Positions 39,961-52,216 of a DNA stretch of 64,000 nt are shown piece after piece (position 1 is the stretch's first letter; each line of letters opens with the position of its first letter). Made by a program: the position numbers and the translations under genes. The stretch is taken from the NCBI GenBank assembly GCA_964016885.1, contig OZ024746.1:8990001-9054000 (forward strand), given 5' to 3'. Under the pieces are notes generated by a model. That model saw only the letters and a list, made by a program, of their open reading frames with translations, was not told where the DNA came from and made no database searches. The stretch comes from Eledone cirrhosa. Taxonomy: Eukaryota.

Positions 39961-41249
39961 TCATTGGCCACGTAGGAATAATAGGTGTACGCATATAGAT
40001 GCGTGTGTGTGTGAGAGAGAGTGAGAGAGAGATCTGAGCACGAGAATCTAGTATTAAAAACAGCTATTACAGCTATTAACGTCAACAACATCATTAACTC
40101 AGCCATATTACTACGATAGCCGTCATCATAACCAAGAGAATCAGACAGAGTAATAAGCTAAAAAACATTCCTACTCTTTCGTCAACTTTCATCCTCTCAT
40201 CCGCGTTCTTCTTTTGTTATATCTGCTTTCTTTTTCTATATTATTTGTGCGCCATCTTTCGCTTTACTTCCATTTATCATCCATATATACAAACAACATA
40301 AAAAGAATTCAAAATTAAAAGGTGATATATAATCATAATAGTAAAACAAACCAAAACAAATCTCAACAAATCAAAACCACGGGTGTTTATACAGTCGGAA
40401 GGCTGAACAGTTTAGGCCAGTGAAGGAATGTGAAAAATGTGGCTCTTCTATTTTGAGTTTCTGTGCAGACTCTTCAACAGCAAGGACTAATTTCTTCACC
40501 GGGTTGTTTGGTCGGAGATAAAATATCAGAACTTGGAAACTCTTGCTCTCTTTTTAATCCTCTGTCTGCCTTTTTGTGTGCTTTTCATTTTCACCCTCTC
40601 TCCCTCATAATTTCTATCTGTTCGTTTCTTTTAACAATTATTTACATTCATGCATTTATTTTCAGACGTAAGCTATTATCTATGTACCTCATTATATATA
40701 CATATCTCCTTCTTTCACCTACTATTTTATGTATTTATTCTCAATCCTTTCTGTAGCATGAGTATGAGTGAACCGACCAAAACAAATTAACTACAGCTCT
40801 AAATAGTAATATTATGCAAGACGTAGATATCTTTTAATATTACAATTTCTCCGAAAGAACGCTGGCTGAAGAATCCTTCATTTGCAGAATATGTGGTGCG
40901 CTGTATAAAATGGTTTGTAATATTTAGTTACATCTGATTACATTCAGAGTTCAATTCCCAGAGGTAGTGTCGTCAAGATTTAATCTCTCTCGAGTCGATA
41001 AAATAAGTGTTAGACAAGTACTGGGCTAACAGATTGACTACACATCCAATATTTGTTGGCTTATGCCAAATTTTGAAATTTATTTATATATATACATATT
41101 ACAGTACATTAATAGAGGCAAGAAAATAAAACGCAACTTCTCCCTTTCTCCAGCTTAAAATAAATGTAAAACACCTGGAAACTACATTTGAACTTAATAA
41201 GTCTGAGAATATATATATATTTAGCTATATTAACATCCATTGTTTTGGA

Positions 41250-41580
41250 GTTAGTAAGAACAGATGGAAGTATACTTGTGCTCGGTAGACAGAAGAAGAG
41301 CTGTAGGATAACGAGGTCGATTCAGTTGAAACAATTGATGGACAGTTTGTAGGTTGATGTTATGGAGGGTAAAATCATGGATAGAGGAAATTAATTCTAT
41401 AAATTTGTAGTTTTGGGAACAAGAACCAGTCAGTAAGGCACAGTATTTGATATATGTGTTGATAGTCTTAAAACGAGGTAATATTTGGGACACGGTAGAA
41501 ATAACGTAGAAATATTGGCTACATCATACAAGTATGTGTCGAGTAGTAAGGATTTGGAATAGAATTATGAAAAGGAGGCA
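41250..41580 (-). pseudogene. Possible heavily decayed Penelope-like RT fragment
   Basis: Minus frames YIKYC..FIELISSIH, SYSSS and HKYTSICSY*L loosely follow the order RYIDD..F..F...H / L.Y.SSHP...K.SIPYSQ.L; catalytic DD not retained. Confidence 0.3.
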
Positions 41581-43404
41581 TGATCAATATAGTTAATCAC
41601 CTTCTAAACTATAACATTAAGGTATATAGTAGATGTCAAAGTAACGTATATAGTAATGAGTATCATAAACACAATGACAATGGAATACTGATACACCTCG
41701 TATAAGTTGGGGGATGCATGATATACAGTATATTATAATGATATGTTGTACATACATGTCCTATATAAACTCGCTATATAATATACATAATCATTTTTTG
41801 CTATCTATTTTTGACAGAACTTTTCTTAAAGTAATATATTGAAACAATACATCGATATTTGAGTTGTTTATATTTATCGAATCTACGCAAAAATTATTTT
41901 CAAGAACTAGTTGAAATAATTCTGTTTATTTTCAAGTTTCTGAATACAATGTTGATGGTTCTCACTATTTTCATGGCCTAGGGATATCAAAGGTCATTGT
42001 TCTATTATAAAGACCCAACTGTATCTATACATATATATTATAACACCTTATCTCTATTTCTTAAGGATTTTAAAGAAGAAATATTTTATCAGTTAAATGA
42101 AGTTCGCGGTCTGAAACATTAAACTCTTTACACACCTCAGCAATTAAATTTATCAAACTTTCAATGCAGACAATTAATATTTTCCTCGATTACTGGGTTT
42201 TACAATTTCTACTCCTTATAACATGATATGTGGCTTAGTGTTTAGGACTTTAGGCTAATAATGGTAAGTTCATATGTTCGATTCCTGGATCGGACGACCT
42301 GATGTGGCCTTAAGCAACATACGAAATTTCCCAATGCCCCATTTTACTCCGTTGTGAGAAAATAAGCTACGACCTCACTGTATCGGCATTTTCCTTTTCT
42401 TTTAACTATACCAATTGGACGGAAGCATGCGTGACTTCTGGTCGTCCTCAAAGCAGTTATAAACCTTAGACAGATCCTTTCCAGGTGAAAACCTATAGCC
42501 AGTCATCACAATGATCCTCTTCAGTTGCATACTTATAGTCAGTCATCACCGAAAGGGGGATTTGTCTTGTTTCTTACAATAGTTTATCCAAAAAGAAAAG
42601 ATAACAAGTATTTATAATGTTTTCCATAAATTTGATTATATTCTCGTGTTATAACAAAATTGTTCATTTGTAGTTTTGTTATGCAAATCATATGAAAATC
42701 CTATTAAAAAGAATACCGACCAAGTAACACCAAAGTTCAATATATATAAATGATATAAAAAATAATAAATTAGATGTTAGTTTAAATAGAGCTAATAACA
42801 TAATCATAAATGAAACGAACGTTAATCTACATGATTGTTTTATATTTTTTCTCATTAACGTTCTACTGTATTGAACGTTAAACTGATATTTGAAACAAAA
42901 AACATAGTATCACTTTGATGTTTGTTTCCGAATTAATTTAATCTAATATTAGTCAGTTTAATGTAATTAATCATATTCATAAATTTTAAATAATGATCTT
43001 ATCGCTTTAATTTTGAAAAAGATTATATCATAGTTTGTATCACGTTATGTAAGGAATGTTACAGAAACAACAGCAATATAAATTGAAGGCAAAGACTTCA
43101 ACTACAAAGGTTAGATATTTCATATCCAGGTCACAGCTTTATTAATAAATGTCCATGAATATGTAGAAAAACAGTGACAATATAGTTAATTTAAATTTTC
43201 GATGACATACATTTTTACATTAATTCTTATTTATATTCTATAGATGTCGTACTTCAATTTAGATACAGTTCAACTCCAATTGTCTATGGCACAAAAAGCA
43301 TACTGAAGCATTACAGAGAAGAACAAATCAAACAGGAACTATGACACAACCCTACTTTGTCCCGTTTGTAACACCCAAGGGTTCAAAGCATTCAACAGGG
43401 CACA

Positions 43405-43492
43405 AGAACAATCTTCAGAATCAGGGATATCAAATTGAAATTGCATTTTACCACCGTGTTATTTTTACGATCCAAACTGCAAACAGTTGAAT
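43405..43492 (+). repeat. Unclassified dispersed repeat, second copy at ~51334-51421
   Basis: Shared ACAATCT..CAGAATCAGGG..ATCA.ATTGAAATTGCATTTT.CCAC.G.GT.ATTTTTACG.TCCAAA..GCAAACA.TTGA. Confidence 0.75.
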
Positions 43493-43579
43493 TGCGTTAC
43501 TTTTTTAACTGTTGACATAAATGATAAACATAATATACCCACAAGTACTTCAGCTGACATTACTACAACATAAATATAC

Positions 43580-43680
<101 letters not shown>

Positions 43681-43717
43681 CTCCCTCTCTCTCTCTCTCT
43701 CTCTGTATATATATATA

Positions 43718-43860
43718 TTTATTAAAATAACAGATTAAAGTTTAAGCAAATAATCGGTGCTTTCACCCCTAACGGGATCTTCTTATATATTTGATATATA
43801 TTTATCCTTATCAAGCCCTCTTTGGATTTTAGTCTTCACATTTATTATTATTTCTATTAA
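43718..43860. mobile_element. Inverted-plus-sense fragments of the 12684/48467 family between TA tracts
   Basis: 43718-43783 matches the left arm of 12684; 43780-43860 matches the tail of 48565-48635; the two pieces are joined in opposite orientation. Confidence 0.8.
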
Positions 43861-43865
43861 TATAT

Positions 43866-43909
<44 letters not shown>

Positions 43910-43921
43910 CACACACCACAG

Positions 43922-44092
<171 letters not shown>

Positions 44093-45105
44093 CGTGCGTG
44101 TGTCCGTCCGTGTGTGCATGCGTGTGTGCATGCGTGTGTGAAATAGCTTGAGAATATATTCGTTAAGCTGTCTAATAAAATTATCATTGGAAGTGTTGTG
44201 TGATAGATATAAGGAAAAGAGGCTTGAAAGCCAATACTTTGTTTTCTATAATAGCACTGTAAACTAACATATGTGTTTAAAATCTTTACCCATTTACTTT
44301 TAATCTATATGTTCAACATAATCTCGTAGCTGTCTTAACATTTCCGACCACTAAATAGATAAATAGTTTATATAAGTCATCATTGTATTCAAGCCTGTAA
44401 GCTGCACTGAATTCCTCTTAAATATTTATGGAAGGAAATGTATCTACATTTTCTAACTTTATTTTATTAGTTTTCCCAGTAACAACATAAAATATAGTAT
44501 TAATTCCTCATAACATTTTGTATTAATCCTATATGCTGTTATTACGGTTACCATCCATAAGGTTTTTTCCATTTTCCTCAGGAACTAAAAAAAAGAATAT
44601 CTGTGCTATTCAGTGATTATAACTATGCAGTGTTAAAATGAAAACTTTGGCATTCGGGATTTTGCTTGTGATCGAATCTTGTAAACTATTACAGGAGAGA
44701 AAAAAAACATTTAGAAATATATGATGTCCTTGATAGAAATAACCTTTCTATTTTTGTTATTTGCGTTGATATTTTCTGAAGCCTTTCCTTCTATCGCTTT
44801 ATTTAACATCTGGGTGGCCTTCAACGAAATTGAATATTAATTTATAGGAAAGCTAGATACGTCAACATACGCCCAACTTCACTAAACTAAATGAAATAAC
44901 ATTTCTACTGCTTCATTATAACTTGCACTTTTATTTCCGACCCTGAATAATTTTTTTCCTCTCTTCCTCATCACACCACACCTTTTTGTTATGACTTCAA
45001 CAACTGATTATTTGCTTGCACTATTTCTTCATTATTTCTTCTGTAATAAAGGTGTGAAGGCATAGAAATGTCAAACAGACATGCCTAAAAGACGAGAATG
45101 TGTGG

Positions 45106-45284
45106 CTACACCCACAAGTTGTTTGTTATATCCTGAACCTGGTTGGGATTACAGCTACATTCACCTTCGCAGCATCTTGCTTTTAGTGCAGAGATCTGTG
45201 GTTGGCTAAATGGATTTTCCTCGCGGATCAGATATATTTCAACATTATAAACGTTATCAAAGATCAGAGTAACATTGCGGGAAT
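45106..45284 (-). CDS. Probable terminal coding exon of an unidentified host gene (Cys-rich C-terminus)
   Basis: Acceptor ttttctcttgtatcag| (phase 1), then xSRNVTLIFDNVYNVEIYLIREENPFSQPQISALKARCCEGECSCNPNQVQDITNNLWV*; high-complexity, non-repeat sequence. Family not recognised. Confidence 0.55.
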
Positions 45285-45415
45285 CTGATACAAGAGAAAA
45301 CATATATACATATTTGTATTTATCAGAACATTGTTAATAAGTAATATTTAAATGGTCAGAGAACTTCATTAAAAATGAAATGCATGAAACCTTTTAAAAA
45401 TATGTACACGCACAG

Positions 45416-45481
<66 letters not shown>

Positions 45482-46399
45482 TCATTTATTATGGTTAATA
45501 ATTAAAACGCTTCTCTCTAATCTCTCACTCTTTCTCACACAACCAATCTTTACAAGACATGTATCCACACAGATCTTGACAGTAAAATTATATATCTATA
45601 TCTGTGTATGTATAGATGTGAGATGTCAGTCCTCCTTTGCTAAGGAGTTCTTGTGGGGCTGAAATGTTTGTTGTAGTGTCGCTGGTTCTTGTCAATGGCA
45701 GATTAGAACATTATAAGACATTACGTCAATGTTTTCTTCTCATTGCAATAATATTCCTAATTAATTAGATTTTTATCTTCACTATATTAGATATGATGAC
45801 TTGAATTCATTATGTACACAGATGGCACCCATGTGAAAATATTCTGCTAGTAATACATACAAAGTTAAACTAATTGCTTAATTATAGCTTAGATTTAATT
45901 AAACGTCATGAGGCACAAACATATCCATACAAATTGTTTTGCTAATTTTGTTGGTAAATGATGGTACAAAATACTTTCAAATGTCTAATATATCCTGAAA
46001 ATTAAGTGACATTGTATAAAGAATAAATAATATTTGCTTAACTATTCAATAGATAATTCCAGCGCAGACCATTTTCAAAGTTATGAATCCTTAGAATTTA
46101 GAAGCGCAAAAGCAATTTCTACGAGTGAGAATAATATCTCTTTTGTGTGATTGAAAACTCACAAGACATTATATCCGAGCAGTGGACATTGAATTGAACA
46201 ATGTCTACGAAAGTGGATTGTACACTTGATGCAATAAATTCCGAGTTGTTTAAAATTCTACTCACGCAGAGATGAAACTGATCACTTTCTGTACCAAGAG
46301 AAAGACCAAACGAATTTCCATTTATGATTTAGTTAGTATTCTAAATACCAAATCATTTTATGATGAACGGTTTTGTGTTTCATGAATTGATTGACTTAC

Positions 46400-46510
46400 T
46401 TTCAAAGGAAAGCAAAAAGACAAAAGTAGACGGAGAGAAATACATAATCATTAACACTTTACTCTGGTAAATTGGAGCAACATAAAAGTTCCATATGAAT
46501 AGCGGCTTCC
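46400..46510 (-). CDS. Candidate upstream exon (phase 1-1) of the same gene
   Basis: Acceptor atgtcag|, open frame GKPLFIWNFYVAPIYQ..., donor GTAAGT at 46399 (alternative GTAAAG at 46462); both options are in frame with 45284. Confidence 0.3.
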
Positions 46511-47422
46511 CTGACATAATATTGAACGGTAGAGCGAAACATAGAAATGAAAACGGCGTTTTAGAAATAGAACTCACAATGTTTATAGATTATATCTCCA
46601 AATGAGATAAATCTAAAATAGATATCTCTAAAATAATATTTCTTTTGTAATTTAATTTTATTCCAATTTAACTGTTCATATGTCATTCTAAATGGCATTG
46701 ATAGACATATATATTATTTAAGATGAAGAGACATTTAACATTCTTTAGAAAAGTTGGTAAAATGTATATAATGGTAAGATGTATATCTGGAATATATGAA
46801 AAGAGTAAGATAATTACTAGATTACTAGTGTATAGACGCCGCCTGAGAAACATTCATATATAATAGAACAAAATAGATTCAGTAGTATTCTCCGAAATGT
46901 CAAGCGCTTATATGGAATACTCCAAGGAGATGAATCTCCCAACCTCTGTCTCATACCAATTGTTACTCTAAGTGTGACAGAAATATATTTCAAACGTCTT
47001 TTCACAAAGCAATACAGCCTGAGAAACAAAACAACAACAACAACAACAACAAAAATTAAGATTAAAAAATGTATATAAAAACAGAGAACGAAACAAAATA
47101 TATTGAAATATATTAAAGTAAAAAGAGAAATGTATCTGAAATACAAACAATTTGGCACAATATAATGCGAAGTAATTGAACATAAAATTAGAAATAAAAT
47201 AATTTAAAAATATTGAGAATACCATATTTTTTATAGGAAATAAAACGTGACGTCGATGAAAGAAAATAATGAATCATTATTTTGCATTGAATCCGAATTA
47301 TCTACACTTTCAAATTAAGTACAGATTCCATTGTCCAGGAATATACATACAGACAGACACACAAACAAACACACACTCACACACACACACACGTATATAT
47401 ATACACACACACGCACACGTAT

Positions 47423-47454
<32 letters not shown>

Positions 47455-47898
47455 GTAGCTAAATCTACCAAAATATACGGTAGTGTCCAATCCGTATGAA
47501 GAATTCAATGGAATCCAAATATCATGAAAAGAGATGTATTCAAAAGTTTTTTTCGATGAAAATCACAGGAAAACATAGTCAAGATAAATTAATAAAAACA
47601 ATGAATAAAAACAAAGAAACAGTTCCTTATATTAAAAAATTCATCATTTTACGATCGTTTCTAGGATATATATGTGTTTGTTGGTATGTATATCATATAG
47701 ATCTATGTAAACATTTTACAAACTATGAGGGGAAATATACATACCTACACATATATATGCTGTCCTCAGAAATAATAAAATTTTTACATAGATCTATATG
47801 ATACCAACAAACACATATATCTCCTAGAAACGATCGTAAAATGATGAATTTTTCAATATAAGGAACTGTTTCTTTGTTTTTATTCATTTTTTTAATTA

Positions 47899-47904
<6 letters not shown>
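47455..47904. mobile_element. (TA)n-flanked head-to-head fold-back with ~130-bp arms and a hammerhead
   Basis: 47584-47718 vs 47776-47904 inverted with a few substitutions and a small indel; left arm has a longer tail to the TA tract. Confidence 0.88.
47645..47774 (-). ncRNA. Type I hammerhead motif with ~100-nt extended stem II
   Basis: TATTT-CTGAGGA-[CAGCATATATATGTGT..GGTATGTATAT...ATATACATACC..ACACATATATATCCTA]-GAAA-CGATCG-TA-AAATG; palindromic stem III ACGATCGT, GUA triplet. Confidence 0.75.
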
Positions 47905-47984
<80 letters not shown>

Positions 47985-48291
47985 AGGAGAGAGAGAGAGA
48001 GTGAGAGAGAGAGAAAGAGAGGAGAGAGAGAGAAAGAATGTCGCGCGCGGCAAAAATTAATTAAAAAAAGGTGGGCGAAGATAACAGAAAAAAGATGAAA
48101 CACAGGATAGCCCCTTTTTATCTCCGTAGGTCCCTATGATTTTAATACAGATCGACATCACTAGAACCATTGCACATAGGACAATGAAAAATAGACACAT
48201 GACAGAACAATTGTTATTATATATATATATATATTTGTTCTACGGTTCTATATAATTTATATATATATTATACTTATCGATCCTTCTTCAC

Positions 48292-48337
<46 letters not shown>

Positions 48338-48340
48338 TAT

Positions 48341-48408
48341 GGCTCAGTGGTTAGAGAATTGGATTAGACCAATGGAAACATTGTTTCCTCGCTCCGATTC
48401 GACGAAAG

Positions 48409-48416
<8 letters not shown>
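48341..48416 (+). mobile_element. Internally deleted inverted copy (head plus tail only) of the SINE at 48665-48878
   Basis: GGCTCAGTGGTTAGAGAATTGGATT joined directly to AGACCAATGGAAACATTGTTTCCTCGCTCCGATTCGACGAAAGTCGAT, both matching the minus-strand copy. Confidence 0.8.
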
Positions 48417-48466
<50 letters not shown>

Positions 48467-48469
<3 letters not shown>

Positions 48470-48635
48470 TTATTAAAATAACAGATTAAAGTTTAAGCAA
48501 AGAATCCTTTGGATTCTTTGCTTAAACTTTAATCTGTTATTTTAATAAATATTTGCTCTTCGGTTCTTATATATTGGATATATATTTTCCTTATCGAGCC
48601 CTCTTTGGATTTTAGTCTTCAATTTTATTATTATT
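48467..48635. mobile_element. Perfect 41-bp-arm hairpin (3-nt loop) plus tail, 12684 family
   Basis: 48467-48507 / 48511-48551 exact reverse complements; TA tracts on both sides. Confidence 0.95.
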
Positions 48636-48664
<29 letters not shown>

Positions 48665-48666
<2 letters not shown>

Positions 48667-48878
48667 CGACTTTCGTCGAATCGGAGCGAGGAAACAATGT
48701 TTCCATTGGTCTTTCCAATTGCTAATACTATCTATCCGTCGCAACTCCAAGCAGAAGGAGCAACGTGAAATAATAAAGTGTCTTACTCAAGGACATAACG
48801 CATCGCCCCGTTCGGGAATCGAACTCACAACCTCACGATTGTGAATCCAATTCTCTAACCACTTAGCCGCGCACCTCC
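48665..48878 (-). mobile_element. tRNA-derived SINE, family B-like head with distinct tail
   Basis: GGCTAAGTGGTTAG A-box, GAGTTCGATTCCC B-box, GTCCTTGAGTAAGACACTTTA; ends in (TA)n. Confidence 0.85.
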
Positions 48879-48974
<96 letters not shown>

Positions 48975-48976
<2 letters not shown>

Positions 48977-49141
48977 CCGAAACTCGAGTCCGGGAACTAC
49001 TATAGGCACCCGTTTTACGTGTGTTGTATTGAAGCGAATAACTATGTGTATACTCTGGGAATGTATCCTACATAAACTAATGAGTAAGCTGAGATACAAC
49101 CGGTCCTGGCATTGATAAATATGCTGGGTCCGTCAACTCCT
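48975..49141 (+). mobile_element. 5'-truncated copy of the hammerhead-bearing element at 52217-52791
   Basis: Colinear with 52629-52791 from GAAACTCGAGTC to GCTGGGTCCGTCAA; bounded by (GT)n and (TA)n. Confidence 0.85.
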
Positions 49142-49312
49142 TATATATATATATAAGATCAAAAGATGGTTAAAAGAGTTCCAAATATTTTATTATACGC
49201 ATTTAAAAAACAAATATGATTCATGGGATGATATTTGCTTTCTTATCAGATAAAATAGGGAAACATGATATGAAGCTTAAAAAACACTTGTGAGCAGTGA
49301 AGTTTTAAATCA

Positions 49313-49390
<78 letters not shown>

Positions 49391-49429
49391 GATATTAACA
49401 AATGGAAACTATATTTATAAAACCATATT

Positions 49430-49494
49430 TATTTTATTATACATATTTCAAGGACACGACGTTAAATTATGGTGTGCTTTCATCAGACAAAATA
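49430..49494 (-). ncRNA. Type I hammerhead motif within a TA-flanked ~180-bp insert (49390-49570)
   Basis: TATTTTGT-CTGATGA-AAGCACAC..GTGTCCTT-GAAA-TATGTA-TA-ATAAAATA: 8-bp stem I (one G-U), 7/8 stem II, near-palindromic stem III. Confidence 0.78.
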
Positions 49495-49588
49495 TAATAT
49501 AGATCAGTTTTATAAATAAATATTGACATACCCTTAAAAAATGCAACCATTACTGTTGGAAGCTCCCGGATATATATATATATATATC

Positions 49589-50304
49589 TCAACTAGAAAT
49601 TGATTTCATATATATATATTTAAAATAAACACATGAAACAATCACAGGGAATAAATTGTACAGTGTGTAATCACACATAGCTAGGTAGCTAACTAATTAA
49701 AGTTTAACTAGAACTTCAAATATTACCTTTTAAAAATGATTAATCTTCATTGTATATATTTCATTAAAGAAATATATTTCACCAATTAATCCGTAAACTG
49801 ACAGTAGTCAAATCTGAATCTTCAGCAAGGAGAAGATTCAACTATCTGTGTTTACACATCAAATGCAAATCTGCGAATGACCAGTCGCACGTGTTGCATT
49901 TTTAAAATACACACATCGTGCCAGCGTCATCCCAGTGGCGTGAGTAGGGTTATCGACAGCTAGAAATTGCAGCCGAGTCCTTTAAACTGAGTTAGCTCTA
50001 CAATAAAGGGGCCGTGTATATATCAAAAATTTAGTTAAATTAAGGGACTCATGTCCGAAACATGCGCCATATCCACCATAGAATAAGCTCAAAGATTCCA
50101 ATGAATAGATCCGAGTATTTTATATCAACTAGAAATTGATTGACATTATATATATATTAAAAATAAACACATGAAACAATCACTGGGGATAATTTGTACA
50201 GTGTGTAATCACATATAGCTAGGTAGGTAACTAATTAAAGTTTAACTAGAACTTCAAATATTACCTTTTAGACTCCCTTAATTTAACTAAATTTTGGATA
50301 TATA
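49589..50304. mobile_element. Partial-tandem (536-bp period) element with terminal inverted fragment, between TA tracts
   Basis: Direct repeat 49589-49732 / 50125-50270; inverted repeat 50017-50047 / 50274-50304. Confidence 0.85.
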
Positions 50305-50312
50305 TATATATA

Positions 50313-51199
50313 TTTTTTTTTATTTTTTTTATTAAGGCCAAATGGCGTGTTTTGTCACTCTGCTGTTACACCTGCTTCTCACAGAGCCACCAGTCAAGAA
50401 CATATGTTTATGTGTGTAGGTACGTGTGTGTATATATTCCAAATTGCAGGTCAGAATTGTGCAAATATCTGACGTGTTGCTAAGTGGCATTTTTCAAGTA
50501 GTAAATATATTGCATTCATTATCACTTTGAACTCCAGCTAAAACAAACTTACGAGTTGTTGTCTTCCTGTTTCTTCTACAACAACTACAACGGTACACGA
50601 TGGGGCCCACCCACAGCCCCGGCGGACAGAATGGAAAAGGCGTTTCCCTGGAGAACGGCAAAGGAGACGCGCTGGAAAAGCCACTCCAACTCGCGGGGCT
50701 CACACCTGCGGCTGGCCAGCTCAGCGCCTATGGTGGTGAGTAAGGAGGTAGCTCAAGGGCCGAGGACACGAGAGGACTCCACAGCCAGGGGTACGACCGC
50801 AAACCTGTCGGAGAGCGACCGGTATTTGAGGAGTTTGGCCCCCTCAGCCCGACGCGCAGCAGAACCTGGGTCAGTCGCAGACTGCCCCAGGTTGCGGCTG
50901 CAGAAAGTGTCGGTGCAAGTGACATCCCAGACTAGGGGTTTGCCACCGCGGAATGGGAAGATGGTCATGCCATCTGGCCTTTTGCCGTCCCCTCGATCCA
51001 GCCCCACCGGCTCGAGCTGAGAAGGGAAGCCTTCAGCGTCCAAGCCATGCTTAATGACCTCGTTGAGGGCAGCATGGCGTGGAATGCGGCCGGCATTATG
51101 GCGACATTATGGCGACAGGAAAGCGGGTGGAGGCTGAAAGAGTCCACGGTGGGACCGCAGCGACATTGGTGTGACATTGGCAGATCCTAGCCTAAGCAA
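50313..51199 (-). pseudogene. 5'-truncated CRE-clade non-LTR retrotransposon (zinc knuckle plus restriction-like endonuclease), 3' UTR and poly(A)
   Basis: Repaired frame [107 protein letters not shown]; 11-bp duplication (51094-51115) and stop (50753) inactivate it; natural stop 50585; AATAAA/poly(A) at 50313-50333 next to (TA)n. Confidence 0.88.
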
Positions 51200-51846
51200 C
51201 ATTTTTTGGTACTTATAAAATGCGACTCGTCTGTTGATGAAGAGGAAACCGTTTTCTCAGTTCTTAGACGCAGTGACAATCGTGTTGATGTTGTTTCAAA
51301 CTTATATTTGCAATTATTTTCAGCTCGGCACAGAAACAATCTCTCAGAATCAGGGGAATCATATTGAAATTGCATTTTTCCACTGGGTGATTTTTACGTT
51401 CCAAAGCCGCAAACAATTGAAGGTTGTTGTTGTTGTCATGTTCCCGTAGACCCCTTTCAAGTGCCGGAGTGAATCGGAGATCTTGAGGGAGATAGTAAAG
51501 GCCATTGACAACATATAATAAGGCATTTAATGTAATTATGAAAAGTCGCATTGTATTTTGAAAAGATAATTAACATAGAAAAAAAAAACGAAAAATAATT
51601 ACACAATTTTCGCTTTCATGTGGTCGATTATTTATTATTTTTATTATATTTATTTATTTTATTGTTTGCATATTTATTATTTATGAAGCTCAACGTTTCT
51701 TCATCGCTAGGAATAAGTAATTCAGACTGACTCTCGGGACACCTGAAGATCGCCAGAAGTTATTAAAGCAATCTATCCAAATGATTTTATTAATGCTACG
51801 TATTAATAAACCAGTAACCATCGGGTTATTACTACTTATACACACA

Positions 51847-51897
<51 letters not shown>

Positions 51898-51910
51898 TTA
51901 TATATATATA

Positions 51911-52075
51911 ACAAAGAAGGTATGGTAAGATACCAGGTGGACCATATCGAACCAGAGTACTCGATACTTAGGGTAGTAGAGTGGGTAATAGGAAAAGGGT
52001 CAGGACCCCGATCTAGTTCAGATCTAGCTATCGAAACGGCCGGAGCTCAGCCGTCGGGGTCCTGACTCTTTTCCT
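51911..52075. mobile_element. Head-to-head TA-flanked element, 12475 family
   Basis: 51911-52010 is the reverse complement of 12539-12636; 52021-52075 is the sense 5' part; overlapping arms TAGGAAAAGGGTCAGGACCCCGA / TCGGGGTCCTGACTCTTTTCCTA. Confidence 0.88.
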
Positions 52076-52147
52076 ATATATATATATATATATATATATT
52101 TTCATCATAATCATCCACGTTTATCGTCTATTTATCCACGCGCTAGC

Positions 52148-52199
<52 letters not shown>

Positions 52200-52216
52200 G
52201 TGTGTGTGTGTGTGTG

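Noticed and set aside
50556-51020. 154-aa plus-strand ORF
   Set aside because: Antisense shadow of the GC-rich CRE retrotransposon frame.
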